Source of the DNA: a bacterium
GTDB taxonomy: Bacteria > Zhuqueibacterota > Zhuqueibacteria > Oceanimicrobiales > Oceanimicrobiaceae
DNA length: 16,467 nucleotides
Direction of reading: 5' to 3'
NCBI GenBank assembly: GCA_037446635.1
Contig: JBBIIG010000048.1
Span: forward strand, 1-16,467
This document shows, piece by piece, positions 9,401 through 16,467 of this stretch. The position numbers and the translations under genes are program-made. Under the pieces are notes generated by a model. The model was not told the DNA's origin and made no database searches. It worked only from the letters and a program-made list of their open reading frames with translations. Within the stretch, counting starts at the first letter, position 1, and each line of letters begins with the position of its first letter.

Positions 9401-9554
9401 GGCGCTGGATGAGCACAGATTTCCAGGGCAGCACATTGCGGAGTGGGACGGCCGCAATGAAAAGGGCGAGACCGCAGCGTCGGGAATGTATGTTTATCAA
9501 TTAGTGGCCGGCGACCAGTTCCGGGAGACGAAACGAATGGTTTTACTCAAATAA
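6429..9554 (+). CDS. Large secreted protein: VWA domain, four Cys-rich Ig-like repeats, C-terminal FlgD-Ig/T9SS-like sorting domain
   Basis: RBS AAGGAG before ATG 6429; signal peptide ending LRA-Q; VWA motifs YVIDISGT, FLSDG, INTVGV, LSQIAQGTGG; repeats I(E/T)SPxxGxxVCxD; tail [17 protein letters not shown]...WDGRNEKG...SGMYVYQL...KRMVLLK. Confidence 0.9.
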   Translation: MNSSRKTARDYTPSLQLCLVMLFAFLNAVILRAQNPNSDTTTTGQILTVHITSPADEAVFPGPSCETTVEGVVTLSLVARTNISVLYVIDISGTTVNGFNFPLVDVNGDGVIDEQDNLNDNDFPGDILDAEMAGALALNASIHNFDEVSVGLIAYAARAASADVSPAAGFQNFISPPQADGQSNGVPDIEEVILSLRSDVIDGGSIGKFTPIPNDSLEVDTQYGPALRAIITTFAGRPADEQKIVYFLSDGRDPEGPIDDEIAQAAAAGIIINTVGVTSNAEPEVLSQIAQGTGGSFTQVNNPADLRVVLPAIPLVGIAEVRVNDQPVTLSGIGTFATSVALAPGANVISATAIADDQTSVTARISAACGVEPLTCELQILEPPAGLVICGDQVAVKVVSRASGGAPPIDRQCTINGEPVRSLNDTLSATVAIGADNRILVICTYTDSENSSVTCTDSVFVRRPEPLQCSLEIESPQEGAFVCDDSIDVSGVVNVSGGIPPFRISSEVNGVSALVSGNRFSARVPLTAGENSLIATSTVVDSCGATTMCSATVRVTTSEPPQCEVKIESPQDGAFVCGDSVTVTATTSIVAGDSPSLQIVCDINGQPVTVENGAFSATIPLAGDTTIIVASCTITDECGNTSVCRNSIRVLRPPAPVIEVKITSPADGEAVCGDSVMVSAKQTVTGGFPPFRVSCTINGIEAMVTDSLISATIPISAGDNEIVAVCTATDSCGRVVVSRDSIAVLRDDVPPTCSFRNEGLNIKGVFSDEHSGIASFTPVRLKNSTLTVDPFTPGAKSVSFLLEPIDPNKPTGFSIDIFDVCGNRFNCDPIFARLETERAKQMDFTFPPEDRYLQITNFGLTEVRIDLNGNKFQLTADLLRAQNEPNTFFLARDGRLTIDLENYLRAEENAIFIAFDGPAGAAADLFLLDHVHDVDFILNLQTLPTTFNLSQNYPNPFNPTTRIRFDIPVRLSEGVRVQLRIYNLRGELVRVALDEHRFPGQHIAEWDGRNEKGETAASGMYVYQLVAGDQFRETKRMVLLK
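7548..8670 (+). repeat. Four tandem intragenic Cys-containing Ig-like repeats of about 93-96 aa
   Basis: Units start near 7548 (LTCELQILEPP), 7827 (LQCSLEIESPQ), 8109 (PQCEVKIESPQ) and 8397 (VIEVKITSPA). Each has VC/ICxD, (I/V)NG and D(S/E)xG-like motifs. Confidence 0.85.
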
Positions 9555-9563
9555 ACTTCGAAA

Positions 9564-9604
9564 ACGCGCCGAGCACATCAAACGTGCTCGGCGCGTCTGT
9601 TTGT
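9564..9604 (+). terminator. Probable intrinsic terminator of the VWA gene
   Basis: 13-bp GC-rich stem ACGCGCCGAGCAC / GTGCTCGGCGCGT with a 7-nt loop, starting 10 nt after the stop and followed by CTGTTTGT (imperfect U-tract). Confidence 0.7.
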
Positions 9605-9650
9605 CGCGAATTAAGAAACCAACCCAGAAGGCTGGCCGGAAAATGCTTGA

Positions 9651-9986
9651 TTGTCACGGCTGCGATTTGCGGGGAGTCTCGAGACGCTCGTCGCTGCAGA
9701 CACCGGGATCGCGACGGTCGTGATCGCTGCCGATGACGGCAGAGGCGGCGCGGCGGAAACGAGTTTTCAGGTTCGCGTTGACTTCATTACCGATGTCAAC
9801 TCCGCACCGGATGGCGCGCTTATCACGGAATTTCGACTTTACAACAACTACCCGAACCCGTTCAATCCCTTCACAACCATCCGTTTTGACGTGCCGAAAA
9901 CATCCGAAGTTGAATTGGTCATCTATGATATTCTCGGCCGTGAAGTAAAAAGATTGCCCGGCACTTTCAAAGTGCCGGGCAATTAG
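9651..9986 (+). pseudogene. Fragment of a secreted protein gene (end of an Ig/cadherin-like domain plus the first half of a FlgD-Ig/T9SS-like domain)
   Basis: [11 protein letters not shown]...SFQVRV followed by [42 protein letters not shown]. The domain then stops where a palindrome begins, and the WDG and SGxY segments are missing. No signal peptide or clear RBS. Confidence 0.75.
9953..9983. repeat. REP-like palindrome 1 (15-bp perfect arms)
   Basis: ATTGCCCGGCACTTT-C-AAAGTGCCGGGCAAT. Confidence 0.85.
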
Positions 9987-9998
9987 CTTCAAATCCCG

Positions 9999-10029
9999 GG
10001 TGCCACGCACTTTGGAAATGCGTGGCACC
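9999..10029. repeat. REP-like palindrome 2, related to palindrome 1
   Basis: GGTGCCACGCA-CTTTGGAAA-TGCGTGGCACC; shares the TGCCnnGCACTTT core with 9953-9983. Confidence 0.8.
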
Positions 10030-10040
10030 TCAGGGCACAG

Positions 10041-10970
10041 CTATTGATGACACGCCAGCACGCCCAGCGCGATGGAGAGCAGCTTGGCGTCGGCGGAGTC
10101 GGCGCGCGAAGGGATGAGCACCGGCGCCGCAGCGCCCACGATCACATGCGCCAGCCGGAACCCCGCAAAATAGGTGGTGCCTTTTGCCAGCAAGTTAGCG
10201 GATTCGATATTGGGACAAACCAGAATTTCGGCGTTACCGGCAACCGCTGAAGCCAGCCCTTTGGTTTTCGCAGCGTGTGGAGAAATTGCGTTGTCCAGCG
10301 CCAGCGGCCCCTCCACCACGCAGCCGCTGATTTGCCCGCGCTCATTCATCTTGGCGATCAATGCGGCATCGATGGTGGAAGGAATGGCCGGCGTCACCGT
10401 TTCCACTGCTGACAGCACGGCCACTTTCGGATTGGGGTTACCGAGCTGATGCGCCACTTGCACGGCATTTTGCAAAATCTCTACCTTTTGCTCCAACGTC
10501 GGCGTAGGTGTGATGCCGCCGTCGGTGATCATCACGAATTGGTTGCCGGCGCGGCGCGCATCTTCAAAAACGAAAACGTCGCTCAACAGGCGCTCGGTTC
10601 GCAAGCCTTCCTCCCGGTGCAGTACGCAGCGTAAAAAAGTAGAAGTGTGAACTTTGCCCTTCAGCAAGATGTCGGCCTCTTGCCTGCGGATGGCCAGCAC
10701 CGCTGCTTTGACCGCCAGAGTTTCGTCTTCAAAGTGGCGGATGAGTGGATCGGCCTCCGACAGAAGGTCCTCGGCTCGGGCGTTCAACTTTTGCAGCAAC
10801 GGCATTGTTTTGGGTTGGTCGCCAAACAGCCGGGCCTCGGCGATTCCCAGCCTTTTTGCTTCGAGGAGCGCGGCCAGCCCGGCTTCGTCCTGCGATGCCG
10901 CCATCGCCACTCGTTTGGGTCCGCGCTTGCGGGCTTCGGTTAGCAATTGTTCAAAGTTTTGGATTGGCAT
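10041..10970 (-). CDS. ptb: Phosphate butyryltransferase (PTA/PTB family)
   Basis: Motifs DILLKG, ITDGGI, PKVAVLSAVE, GPLALDNA, PNIESANLLAK, SRADS; 309 aa; adjacent to butyrate kinase. Confidence 0.92.
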   Translation of the reverse strand: MPIQNFEQLLTEARKRGPKRVAMAASQDEAGLAALLEAKRLGIAEARLFGDQPKTMPLLQKLNARAEDLLSEADPLIRHFEDETLAVKAAVLAIRRQEADILLKGKVHTSTFLRCVLHREEGLRTERLLSDVFVFEDARRAGNQFVMITDGGITPTPTLEQKVEILQNAVQVAHQLGNPNPKVAVLSAVETVTPAIPSTIDAALIAKMNERGQISGCVVEGPLALDNAISPHAAKTKGLASAVAGNAEILVCPNIESANLLAKGTTYFAGFRLAHVIVGAAAPVLIPSRADSADAKLLSIALGVLACHQ

Positions 10971-10989
10971 TTTACCCTACGTTCTTCAA

Positions 10990-12054
10990 TCAAAAATAAA
11001 CCTTCGCTTCCTCTTCTCCCATCAAAACTCGCAGCGCGCCAGCGGCCATCGCCTCCATTTCAAATTCGCCGGCGATCGTTAAAACTTCCGCGATGAATTT
11101 CACCCGCGCGCGGATCCAGCCGGTGAGCATGTCGGATTTAGCCAAACCACCGGTCAAGATGATGGCGTGAACGGCGCCGCTCATCACGGTTGCCATCGCG
11201 CCAATCTCTTTGGCAATTTGATAGGCCATGGCTTGGTAAACTTCTGTGGCTTTTTGATCGCCGGCAGCGATCCGGCGCTCGACTTCTTTGGCGCTGCTGG
11301 TTCCGAGATAGGCCAGCAAGCCGCCGCTGCCCATCACCTGTTGACGAATTTCTTGTTCACTGAACTTGCCGGAAAAACAGAGCCCGATGAACGGCTGCAG
11401 CGGCAGGCCGCCGCTGCGTTCCGGCGAAAACGGGCCGTCGCTGGAGGCGTCGTTGACGTCGATGATGCGGCCGCGCTGCACCGCTGCCACCGAGATGCCG
11501 CCGCCGAGGTGCGCCACCACGAAATTGGCCCGTTGAAAATCAATGCCGAGTTTCTCGGCGGCGAATCGCGCCGCGGCGTGAATGTTGAGCGCGTGGGAGA
11601 GGCAGCGGCGCTCGATTTGGGGGTGGCCGGAGTAGCGCGCCAGCGGCTCGAACTCATCGACGGAAATGGGATCGACCACGAACGCCGGCGCGTTTCCCTT
11701 TTTTGCAATTTCAGCAGCCAGCGCGCAGCCGAGGTTGGCGGCGTGCTCGCCCTGCACGCCCTGTTCAGAATCTTCCAACATTCTTTGATTGACACGGTAC
11801 GCGCCGCCGCTGACCGGTTTGAGCAATCCGCCGCGCCCGACCACCGCGGCCAGCTCACTTACCTTAACCTGTTTGGCCGAAAGCAGCTCGTTGATGAGCG
11901 CGGCGCGCCAGGGGAGCTGATCCCAAATGCGCGGAAATGGTTTCAGCTCCGCCGTGGTGTGTTCAAGAGTTTCATGCCAGAGCAGTCGGTCGTTTTCAAA
12001 CAGCGCCACTTTGGTGGAGGTGGAGCCAGGATTGATGACCAGAACCTGGTTCAT
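10990..12054 (-). CDS. buk: Butyrate kinase (branched-chain carboxylic acid kinase)
   Basis: Motifs INPGSTSTK, GRGGLL, HAANLG, VDPISVDE, HALN, AHLGGGISV, GPFSPERSG, LTGGLA; 354 aa is a typical length. Confidence 0.96.
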   Translation of the reverse strand: MNQVLVINPGSTSTKVALFENDRLLWHETLEHTTAELKPFPRIWDQLPWRAALINELLSAKQVKVSELAAVVGRGGLLKPVSGGAYRVNQRMLEDSEQGVQGEHAANLGCALAAEIAKKGNAPAFVVDPISVDEFEPLARYSGHPQIERRCLSHALNIHAAARFAAEKLGIDFQRANFVVAHLGGGISVAAVQRGRIIDVNDASSDGPFSPERSGGLPLQPFIGLCFSGKFSEQEIRQQVMGSGGLLAYLGTSSAKEVERRIAAGDQKATEVYQAMAYQIAKEIGAMATVMSGAVHAIILTGGLAKSDMLTGWIRARVKFIAEVLTIAGEFEMEAMAAGALRVLMGEEEAKVYF

Positions 12055-12098
12055 GCGGTGTCTATTTCTCGTCTTAACTCTGAGAAGTATTTTTCAGG

Positions 12099-12566
12099 CT
12101 AATTTTTTGTCAGCTCCAGCAACTGGGGTTTCACCAATTTTTCGAAATCGCTGTACATCATGCGCACCGCGTCTTCGTGGGTGCCGGCATTGAAGGTGAT
12201 CATGTGGTCTTTGGCGAGATGAGGGCTGACGTAAACCGGCAGCTTGTACAGCGGCCCCAGCGGCGGCATCGCGCCCACTTCGCAGTCGCCGCAAATCTCG
12301 GAGATTTCATCCTCCGTGGCCAGAGTAACTACGTTGGCCTTCAACGCTTTTTTAACTTTTTCCAGGTCAACCTGGTGGATGGCTGGCAGCACCGCCATGA
12401 CATATTTGTTGTCAACAAACAGGATGATGGTTTTAGCGAAGTCTTTGCCTTTGGTGTGGGTATCGGCGGCGGTTTCCTGAGCGGTGTAGTCCCGACGGTG
12501 GTGAATGAACTCGTAAGGAATTTTCTGTTCATTCAAAAACGATTTGATGGCTTGCGGGATTGGCAT
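12099..12566 (-). CDS. YbaK/EbsC-family aminoacyl-tRNA deacylase-like protein
   Basis: H...YTAQETA, conserved Lys in FAKTII, LATEDE, DCEVGAMPPLG (GxxxP loop), FNAGTH; RBS AAGGAGG upstream. Confidence 0.9.
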   Translation of the reverse strand: MPIPQAIKSFLNEQKIPYEFIHHRRDYTAQETAADTHTKGKDFAKTIILFVDNKYVMAVLPAIHQVDLEKVKKALKANVVTLATEDEISEICGDCEVGAMPPLGPLYKLPVYVSPHLAKDHMITFNAGTHEDAVRMMYSDFEKLVKPQLLELTKN

Positions 12567-12590
12567 GGTACACCTCCTTTTCAGGTTGAT

Positions 12591-12770
12591 TCATCCCATC
12601 CAGAAACCTTTACGATGGGATAAGCCCAAAACCTTTTTACACTCGGGGCAGAAATAGATGTATCTCTTTCCAAAAAAGCTTTCTAATTTACGGCACCAAA
12701 CTTTTGCCAGCGCCTTTTCACAGTGCGGACAGATGGGCAGCACGTCGTTTTTTTCTTCCACCGGCAGCAT
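12591..12770 (-). CDS. Small zinc-ribbon protein (59 aa), absent from the ORF track
   Basis: Manual translation: MLPVEEKNDVLPICPHCEKALAKVWCRKLESFFGKRYIYFCPECKKVLGLSHRKGFWMG*. Two CPxC knuckles, GGAG RBS upstream, stop 24 nt before the YbaK start. Confidence 0.85.
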   Translation of the reverse strand: MLPVEEKNDVLPICPHCEKALAKVWCRKLESFFGKRYIYFCPECKKVLGLSHRKGFWMG

Positions 12771-12947
12771 TTCTCTCCGTTATTTTGAGAGCGATTTTTT
12801 GTACTCGACTCTTTGGAATTTTGGGGAAATTACGCCATAGATTTGCTGAAACTCGGCGTGCGGGACCGGCCAGAAATATTGGAACATGTCGAGAAAACTT
12901 CCTGAATTGGTGGGTTCGACTTGTTCATGCAAATCAATTTACAGACA

Positions 12948-12976
12948 ATAATAAGTAAATTCGCGATGAAGCGCAA
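12948..12976 (-). promoter_or_regulatory. Putative sigma70-type promoter for the zinc-ribbon/YbaK/buk/ptb operon
   Basis: On the minus strand TTGCGC (12976-12971), a 17-nt spacer, then TATTAT (12953-12948), in an AT-rich intergenic region. Confidence 0.5.
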
Positions 12977-13093
12977 GTCAGAAAATGTAGGAATCGTGTT
13001 TTATCCCATAAGCGGCGCGTGAAACTCGCGACTCTTTAGGGTTGCGTGCACGACTGTTAGGAAGTTTTGCAAAGTAAGAATTATTTTATATCC

Positions 13094-13834
13094 TCACCGC
13101 GGCGGCCGCTCGGGCGGCGCCGGCAGGGTTGCTCCTTCGCTTCCGCCGCCGCCATCCAAAACCGTGATATAAATTACGGCGCCGGCTGCCGCCGCGATTC
13201 CCCCGCGCGCCACCCACGACATCATCCCCTTTCCCTTTTTCTGCGTAGTAGCCGAGGTCGCCAGGATCACTTCAACGGTGTCAACTTTGCCGGCGGTCAG
13301 TTGCAGCGGGCGCAGCTGCTGCTCGTAGCCATCTTTCGCGACCAAAAACTGGTAATTTTTGGTGAGCAGATCGCACACTGAGGTTGGAGTCAAGGCGGTG
13401 TAGATGACACTGTCTTCCATCACCACCACCAATTTTGCTTCCGGCGGATCGGAGATGACGTAAACGCACCCCACCAATTGCTTGCGAATGGCGTTGAAGC
13501 GCGCCGTCAAATCCGGCGGGATCACCAGCTCGTCCAATTGGCGCTTCGGATCGATTTTGATCGCCTGCTCGAAGGCGTTGTTCACGTCTGAGGCCGGGGC
13601 GTTTTGGCGCATCAACACAAACCCCAGGTAGAGATAGGACTCGAACAAATATTCGGATTTAACAGCGGGGATGCCGATGGCTTCTTTGAGCGCTGCGCCC
13701 GCCTGATCGAAGCGCGCTTCCCAAAAATGTTTCTTACCCTGAATCAACAGTTGCAGCGCTCGATCCTGCGCCGACAGCAGCGACGCCATTCCCAAAACCC
13801 CCGCGAAAATCAGGTACATCAGTTTATTCTTCAT
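13094..13834 (-). CDS. Exported TPR-like + PEGA-like domain protein with C-terminal hydrophobic segment and Pro-rich tail
   Basis: Signal peptide ending LSA-Q; TPR-like helices (YLYLGFV...FEQAIKIDP); PEGA-like segment (VISDPPEAK...TP...VAKDGYE); tail WVARGGIAAAAGAVIYITVLDGGGG...LPAPPERPPR. Confidence 0.75.
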   Translation of the reverse strand: MKNKLMYLIFAGVLGMASLLSAQDRALQLLIQGKKHFWEARFDQAGAALKEAIGIPAVKSEYLFESYLYLGFVLMRQNAPASDVNNAFEQAIKIDPKRQLDELVIPPDLTARFNAIRKQLVGCVYVISDPPEAKLVVVMEDSVIYTALTPTSVCDLLTKNYQFLVAKDGYEQQLRPLQLTAGKVDTVEVILATSATTQKKGKGMMSWVARGGIAAAAGAVIYITVLDGGGGSEGATLPAPPERPPR

Positions 13835-13861
13835 TTTGTTTTCCTATTTTAAAATTTAAAC

Positions 13862-16467
13862 TCAGCGCACCAGCGCCACTTTACGAATCTGCTGGAAGCT
13901 TCCAGCCTGCATTTTAATTAAGTAGATGCCGGAGCCGATCTCAACGCCGTTATCCGCCCGGCCATCCCAGTGCACGCGGTACACCCCCGGCGCCTGGCGC
14001 TGAGACACCAGCTCGCGCACTTCCTGTCCCAGAATGTTGAACACTTTGATGGAGACCTGCGCCGCTTCCGCCACGCGGTAGGAAATGCTGGTGCCGGCGT
14101 TGAAGGGGTTGGGATAATTCTGGCTCAGGAAAAACTCCTGCGGAATCGGATCGTTCAAGACGTCGGAATCGCTGATGTATTCTTGCGTCCCAATCACCAA
14201 CTCGAACGCTCGCTTCGATTCACCTTTTTCCAGCGTGAACAGGTACTCGACATTTTGCCGGAGCTCGATCATCTTGAGCGTTTGTTTATCCAATAAAACC
14301 GCCTGAAATTGCGGCGGCAGCGATTCTAAGTTTTCAAACCGGAGGGTGATGGGCAAGCCGCCTACCGTTGATTTTACCTCGAAGCTCCACACCTGGCCGT
14401 CCTCGAAGCGGGGGCGGAAATCGGTGGTGAATTCGCCTCTGACGCCGCTCCAATCGTGGTGAGGGAACGTCACTGAGACGCGGTTGGCGAGGTAGGGCGG
14501 TTCGAGATAATCCAGGGCGTCGCGCTCGGGCAACGCCTGGGATGAGACGCCAAGATAGTTCGAGCCGTCGCGCAGCTCACCGCTGCTGGCGGAAATGACA
14601 AGGTGCCAATCGGCATCGAAGGCCGGCTTCGCCAGCGTTTGGGCAGGCACGGTGGAGGCAATGGGCAAAATGGCGATGGTAGCGGGATTGTCGCTGTAAA
14701 AACTATAGCCCTCCCACGGTGAGAAGATCGTCACTTGATTGGGCAGCAGCCAGTCGCCCTGAAAAGTATAAGGTCCGACGATATCATCGACGCTGCCTTG
14801 CAGCAGCAGCGTGTCTCGAGCTTCCACCGCAAACGGAAACGGCACGGCGATGTCGTTCCAGCCGCGCGCCAGGTTAATGGTAAACGGTTGGTTGGTGGGC
14901 GCAGTCACGCCGACGCCGGAATCGATGATGCGATTGGCCTCGCGCACGATCAGCCAAAGAGCCTTGCCGGGGGTGAAGGAACCCACCGACGGATACTCGG
15001 TGTATTGATCGGTGGCGGGATTATATTGGAACAAGCGCCAGACGTTGGGATCGTAGTCGCCGAGATCGTCCTGCAGCACGCTGAGCGGGTTGCCGCTCTG
15101 CAGATTCAGCGGCACTGAGATCATACGATACGACGATTCGCTGCCGCCGCCCGGTTGGGGCGCGCTTTTAACCAATCCCTGGTTGTTGGCGCCGCTGATG
15201 CGCACCGAAATGTTGTAGGGCATGGTTTCGGCGTCGGTGGGCGGGTGAAATGAAAAATTCGCCCCGTCGTTCGCGCTAATGAAATAATTCAAGCCCACGA
15301 TGGAAATCTGATCCGCGGACAGGGTGAATTCAAAGTTGTTGGCGTCGGTGTTGGTCATCTGCTGCGATTGGAAGCTGACTTCGCCGCTGCGTTTGAAAAA
15401 CAGCTGCGCTTCCGCGACCTGGTTGTTGTCGCTGATTTGCGCCCGCAGCGTAACGCCCTGCCCTTCTTCAACTTCTGAAACGGGCGTATGAACGATGACC
15501 GGCGCTTGCACATCCTGAAACGTTAAATCGACGACCGTGACCGACTCGGCCTGGTTGTTGAACGCCTCGCGGTTGTTGACTCGGTCGTAGGCCGCGGCCT
15601 CGAAGCCGTACTCCTTGCCGTCCTCGCCGGTAAAGTTGCTGGAGGCGCCGGAAAACTTTGTCAGCCAATTCTGCCATGGGCCGCCGTTCACCCGCACCCG
15701 CACGTCGTACTCACCGGCAAGCCCCGAGCCGCTGCCATCGCTGCCCGTGGCCCCCCAGGTAACCAAAAAAATCGTGCTGCCGCTGGTAACCGGCGAAACC
15801 GCTCGCGTGCCGGTCGGCGGCGTGCTGTCAAAGGCGATGCGGATGGAATCGATCTTCGAGTTGCCGGCGCTGTCCGTGAGGGTAAATTGCAGCTTATGGC
15901 TGCCGTCGGGTTCGCCCTCGATATTGATATCGAACTGGCGCGACACACCCAGTCCGCTGGGAACGTTGGTGACATCGCGGTTGACGCCCAACGTGGTCGA
16001 TTGCAATTGAATGCGGCGAAGATGACGCTCGTCGTACGTAATTTCGGCCTCCGCTTGCTCCGTGAGCGTAGGATTGAACCAATTTAAACCGGCGCCAACG
16101 AAAGCCGCATTCAAAAATTGAATGGTGCGCACCACTGGCGCCGCGTTATCGAACCGCAGTTGGACGCGGCCGTTATTTTGAAAATCCACGTTGCCGCGTT
16201 GATCCTCAAACCAAATATAGAAATTCTGTCCGTCCTGCTGAGTGGCCGTCACCGTCGTCGAATTGCCGCTGGTCACCGAAGCCGTGGTATCGAAATTAGC
16301 GGTGGGGGCATTGCCTAATTTATACAGCGCCCGCCGGATGCCGCTGGGGTCGGCCGGCGGCTGCCACTGAATTTGAAATTGCGGGGTATTTTGCCACGGG
16401 CTGGGGTTGGCCCCGGCGGCGGTGAGATTCGTTGGCGGACCGGGGGCTTGCGTATCGTTGGCGGTGA
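13862..16467 (-). CDS. Large secreted multi-Ig/FN3-like protein with C-terminal FlgD-Ig/T9SS-like sorting domain, 5' end outside window
   Basis: Frame stays open from 16465 (TANDTQAPGPPTNLTAAGANPSPWQ...), upstream of the listed start at 16276. Domains are joined by DxxxP linkers; tail LSQNYPNPFNAGTSISY...WDGRADNG...SGIYLIKM...RKVALVR. Confidence 0.9.
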   Translation of the reverse strand, partial: TANDTQAPGPPTNLTAAGANPSPWQNTPQFQIQWQPPADPSGIRRALYKLGNAPTANFDTTASVTSGNSTTVTATQQDGQNFYIWFEDQRGNVDFQNNGRVQLRFDNAAPVVRTIQFLNAAFVGAGLNWFNPTLTEQAEAEITYDERHLRRIQLQSTTLGVNRDVTNVPSGLGVSRQFDINIEGEPDGSHKLQFTLTDSAGNSKIDSIRIAFDSTPPTGTRAVSPVTSGSTIFLVTWGATGSDGSGSGLAGEYDVRVRVNGGPWQNWLTKFSGASSNFTGEDGKEYGFEAAAYDRVNNREAFNNQAESVTVVDLTFQDVQAPVIVHTPVSEVEEGQGVTLRAQISDNNQVAEAQLFFKRSGEVSFQSQQMTNTDANNFEFTLSADQISIVGLNYFISANDGANFSFHPPTDAETMPYNISVRISGANNQGLVKSAPQPGGGSESSYRMISVPLNLQSGNPLSVLQDDLGDYDPNVWRLFQYNPATDQYTEYPSVGSFTPGKALWLIVREANRIIDSGVGVTAPTNQPFTINLARGWNDIAVPFPFAVEARDTLLLQGSVDDIVGPYTFQGDWLLPNQVTIFSPWEGYSFYSDNPATIAILPIASTVPAQTLAKPAFDADWHLVISASSGELRDGSNYLGVSSQALPERDALDYLEPPYLANRVSVTFPHHDWSGVRGEFTTDFRPRFEDGQVWSFEVKSTVGGLPITLRFENLESLPPQFQAVLLDKQTLKMIELRQNVEYLFTLEKGESKRAFELVIGTQEYISDSDVLNDPIPQEFFLSQNYPNPFNAGTSISYRVAEAAQVSIKVFNILGQEVRELVSQRQAPGVYRVHWDGRADNGVEIGSGIYLIKMQAGSFQQIRKVALVR

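Noticed and set aside
9953..10029. Possible mini CRISPR array
   Set aside because: Only two non-identical palindromes 15 nt apart, with no spacer-length intervals and no cas genes in the window.
12593..12621. Inverted repeat ATCCCATC...GATGGGAT as an operator or terminator
   Set aside because: It lies within the 3' end of the zinc-ribbon CDS, is only 8 bp, and can be explained by coding sequence.
11167..12623. Plus-strand ORFs of 311 aa and 148 aa
   Set aside because: Antisense to the well-supported buk and YbaK genes.
12658..12958. Plus-strand ORFs of 60 aa and 84 aa
   Set aside because: They overlap the better-supported minus-strand zinc-ribbon gene and the promoter region, and have no motifs.
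16274..16276. GTG 16276 as the start of the large minus-strand protein
   Set aside because: The frame stays open to the window edge with domain-like sequence, and no signal peptide follows this codon.

Overview
Bacterial genomic window, mostly GC-rich. Three NYPNPFN-type C-terminal FlgD-Ig/T9SS-like sorting domains suggest an FCB-associated lineage such as KSB1 or Calditrichota (inference). Plus strand: a 5'-truncated Cache-HAMP sensor histidine kinase; an AT-rich Dam-family m6A DNA methyltransferase followed by a 47-codon remnant resembling the C-terminus of SphI-type HNH restriction endonucleases; a secreted PD40-PA-M28-PDZ peptidase; a probable outer-membrane beta-barrel; a large secreted VWA/Cys-rich Ig-repeat protein; and a gene fragment broken at REP-like palindromes. 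Minus strand: a 5'-truncated large secreted protein, a TPR/PEGA-like protein, and a probable operon with a sigma70-like promoter, a 59-aa zinc-ribbon gene missed by the ORF track, a YbaK-family protein, butyrate kinase and phosphate butyryltransferase. No rRNA, tRNA, CRISPR array or transposase was seen. The best leads are the decayed restriction-modification cassette, the hidden zinc-ribbon gene and the intergenic palindromes.
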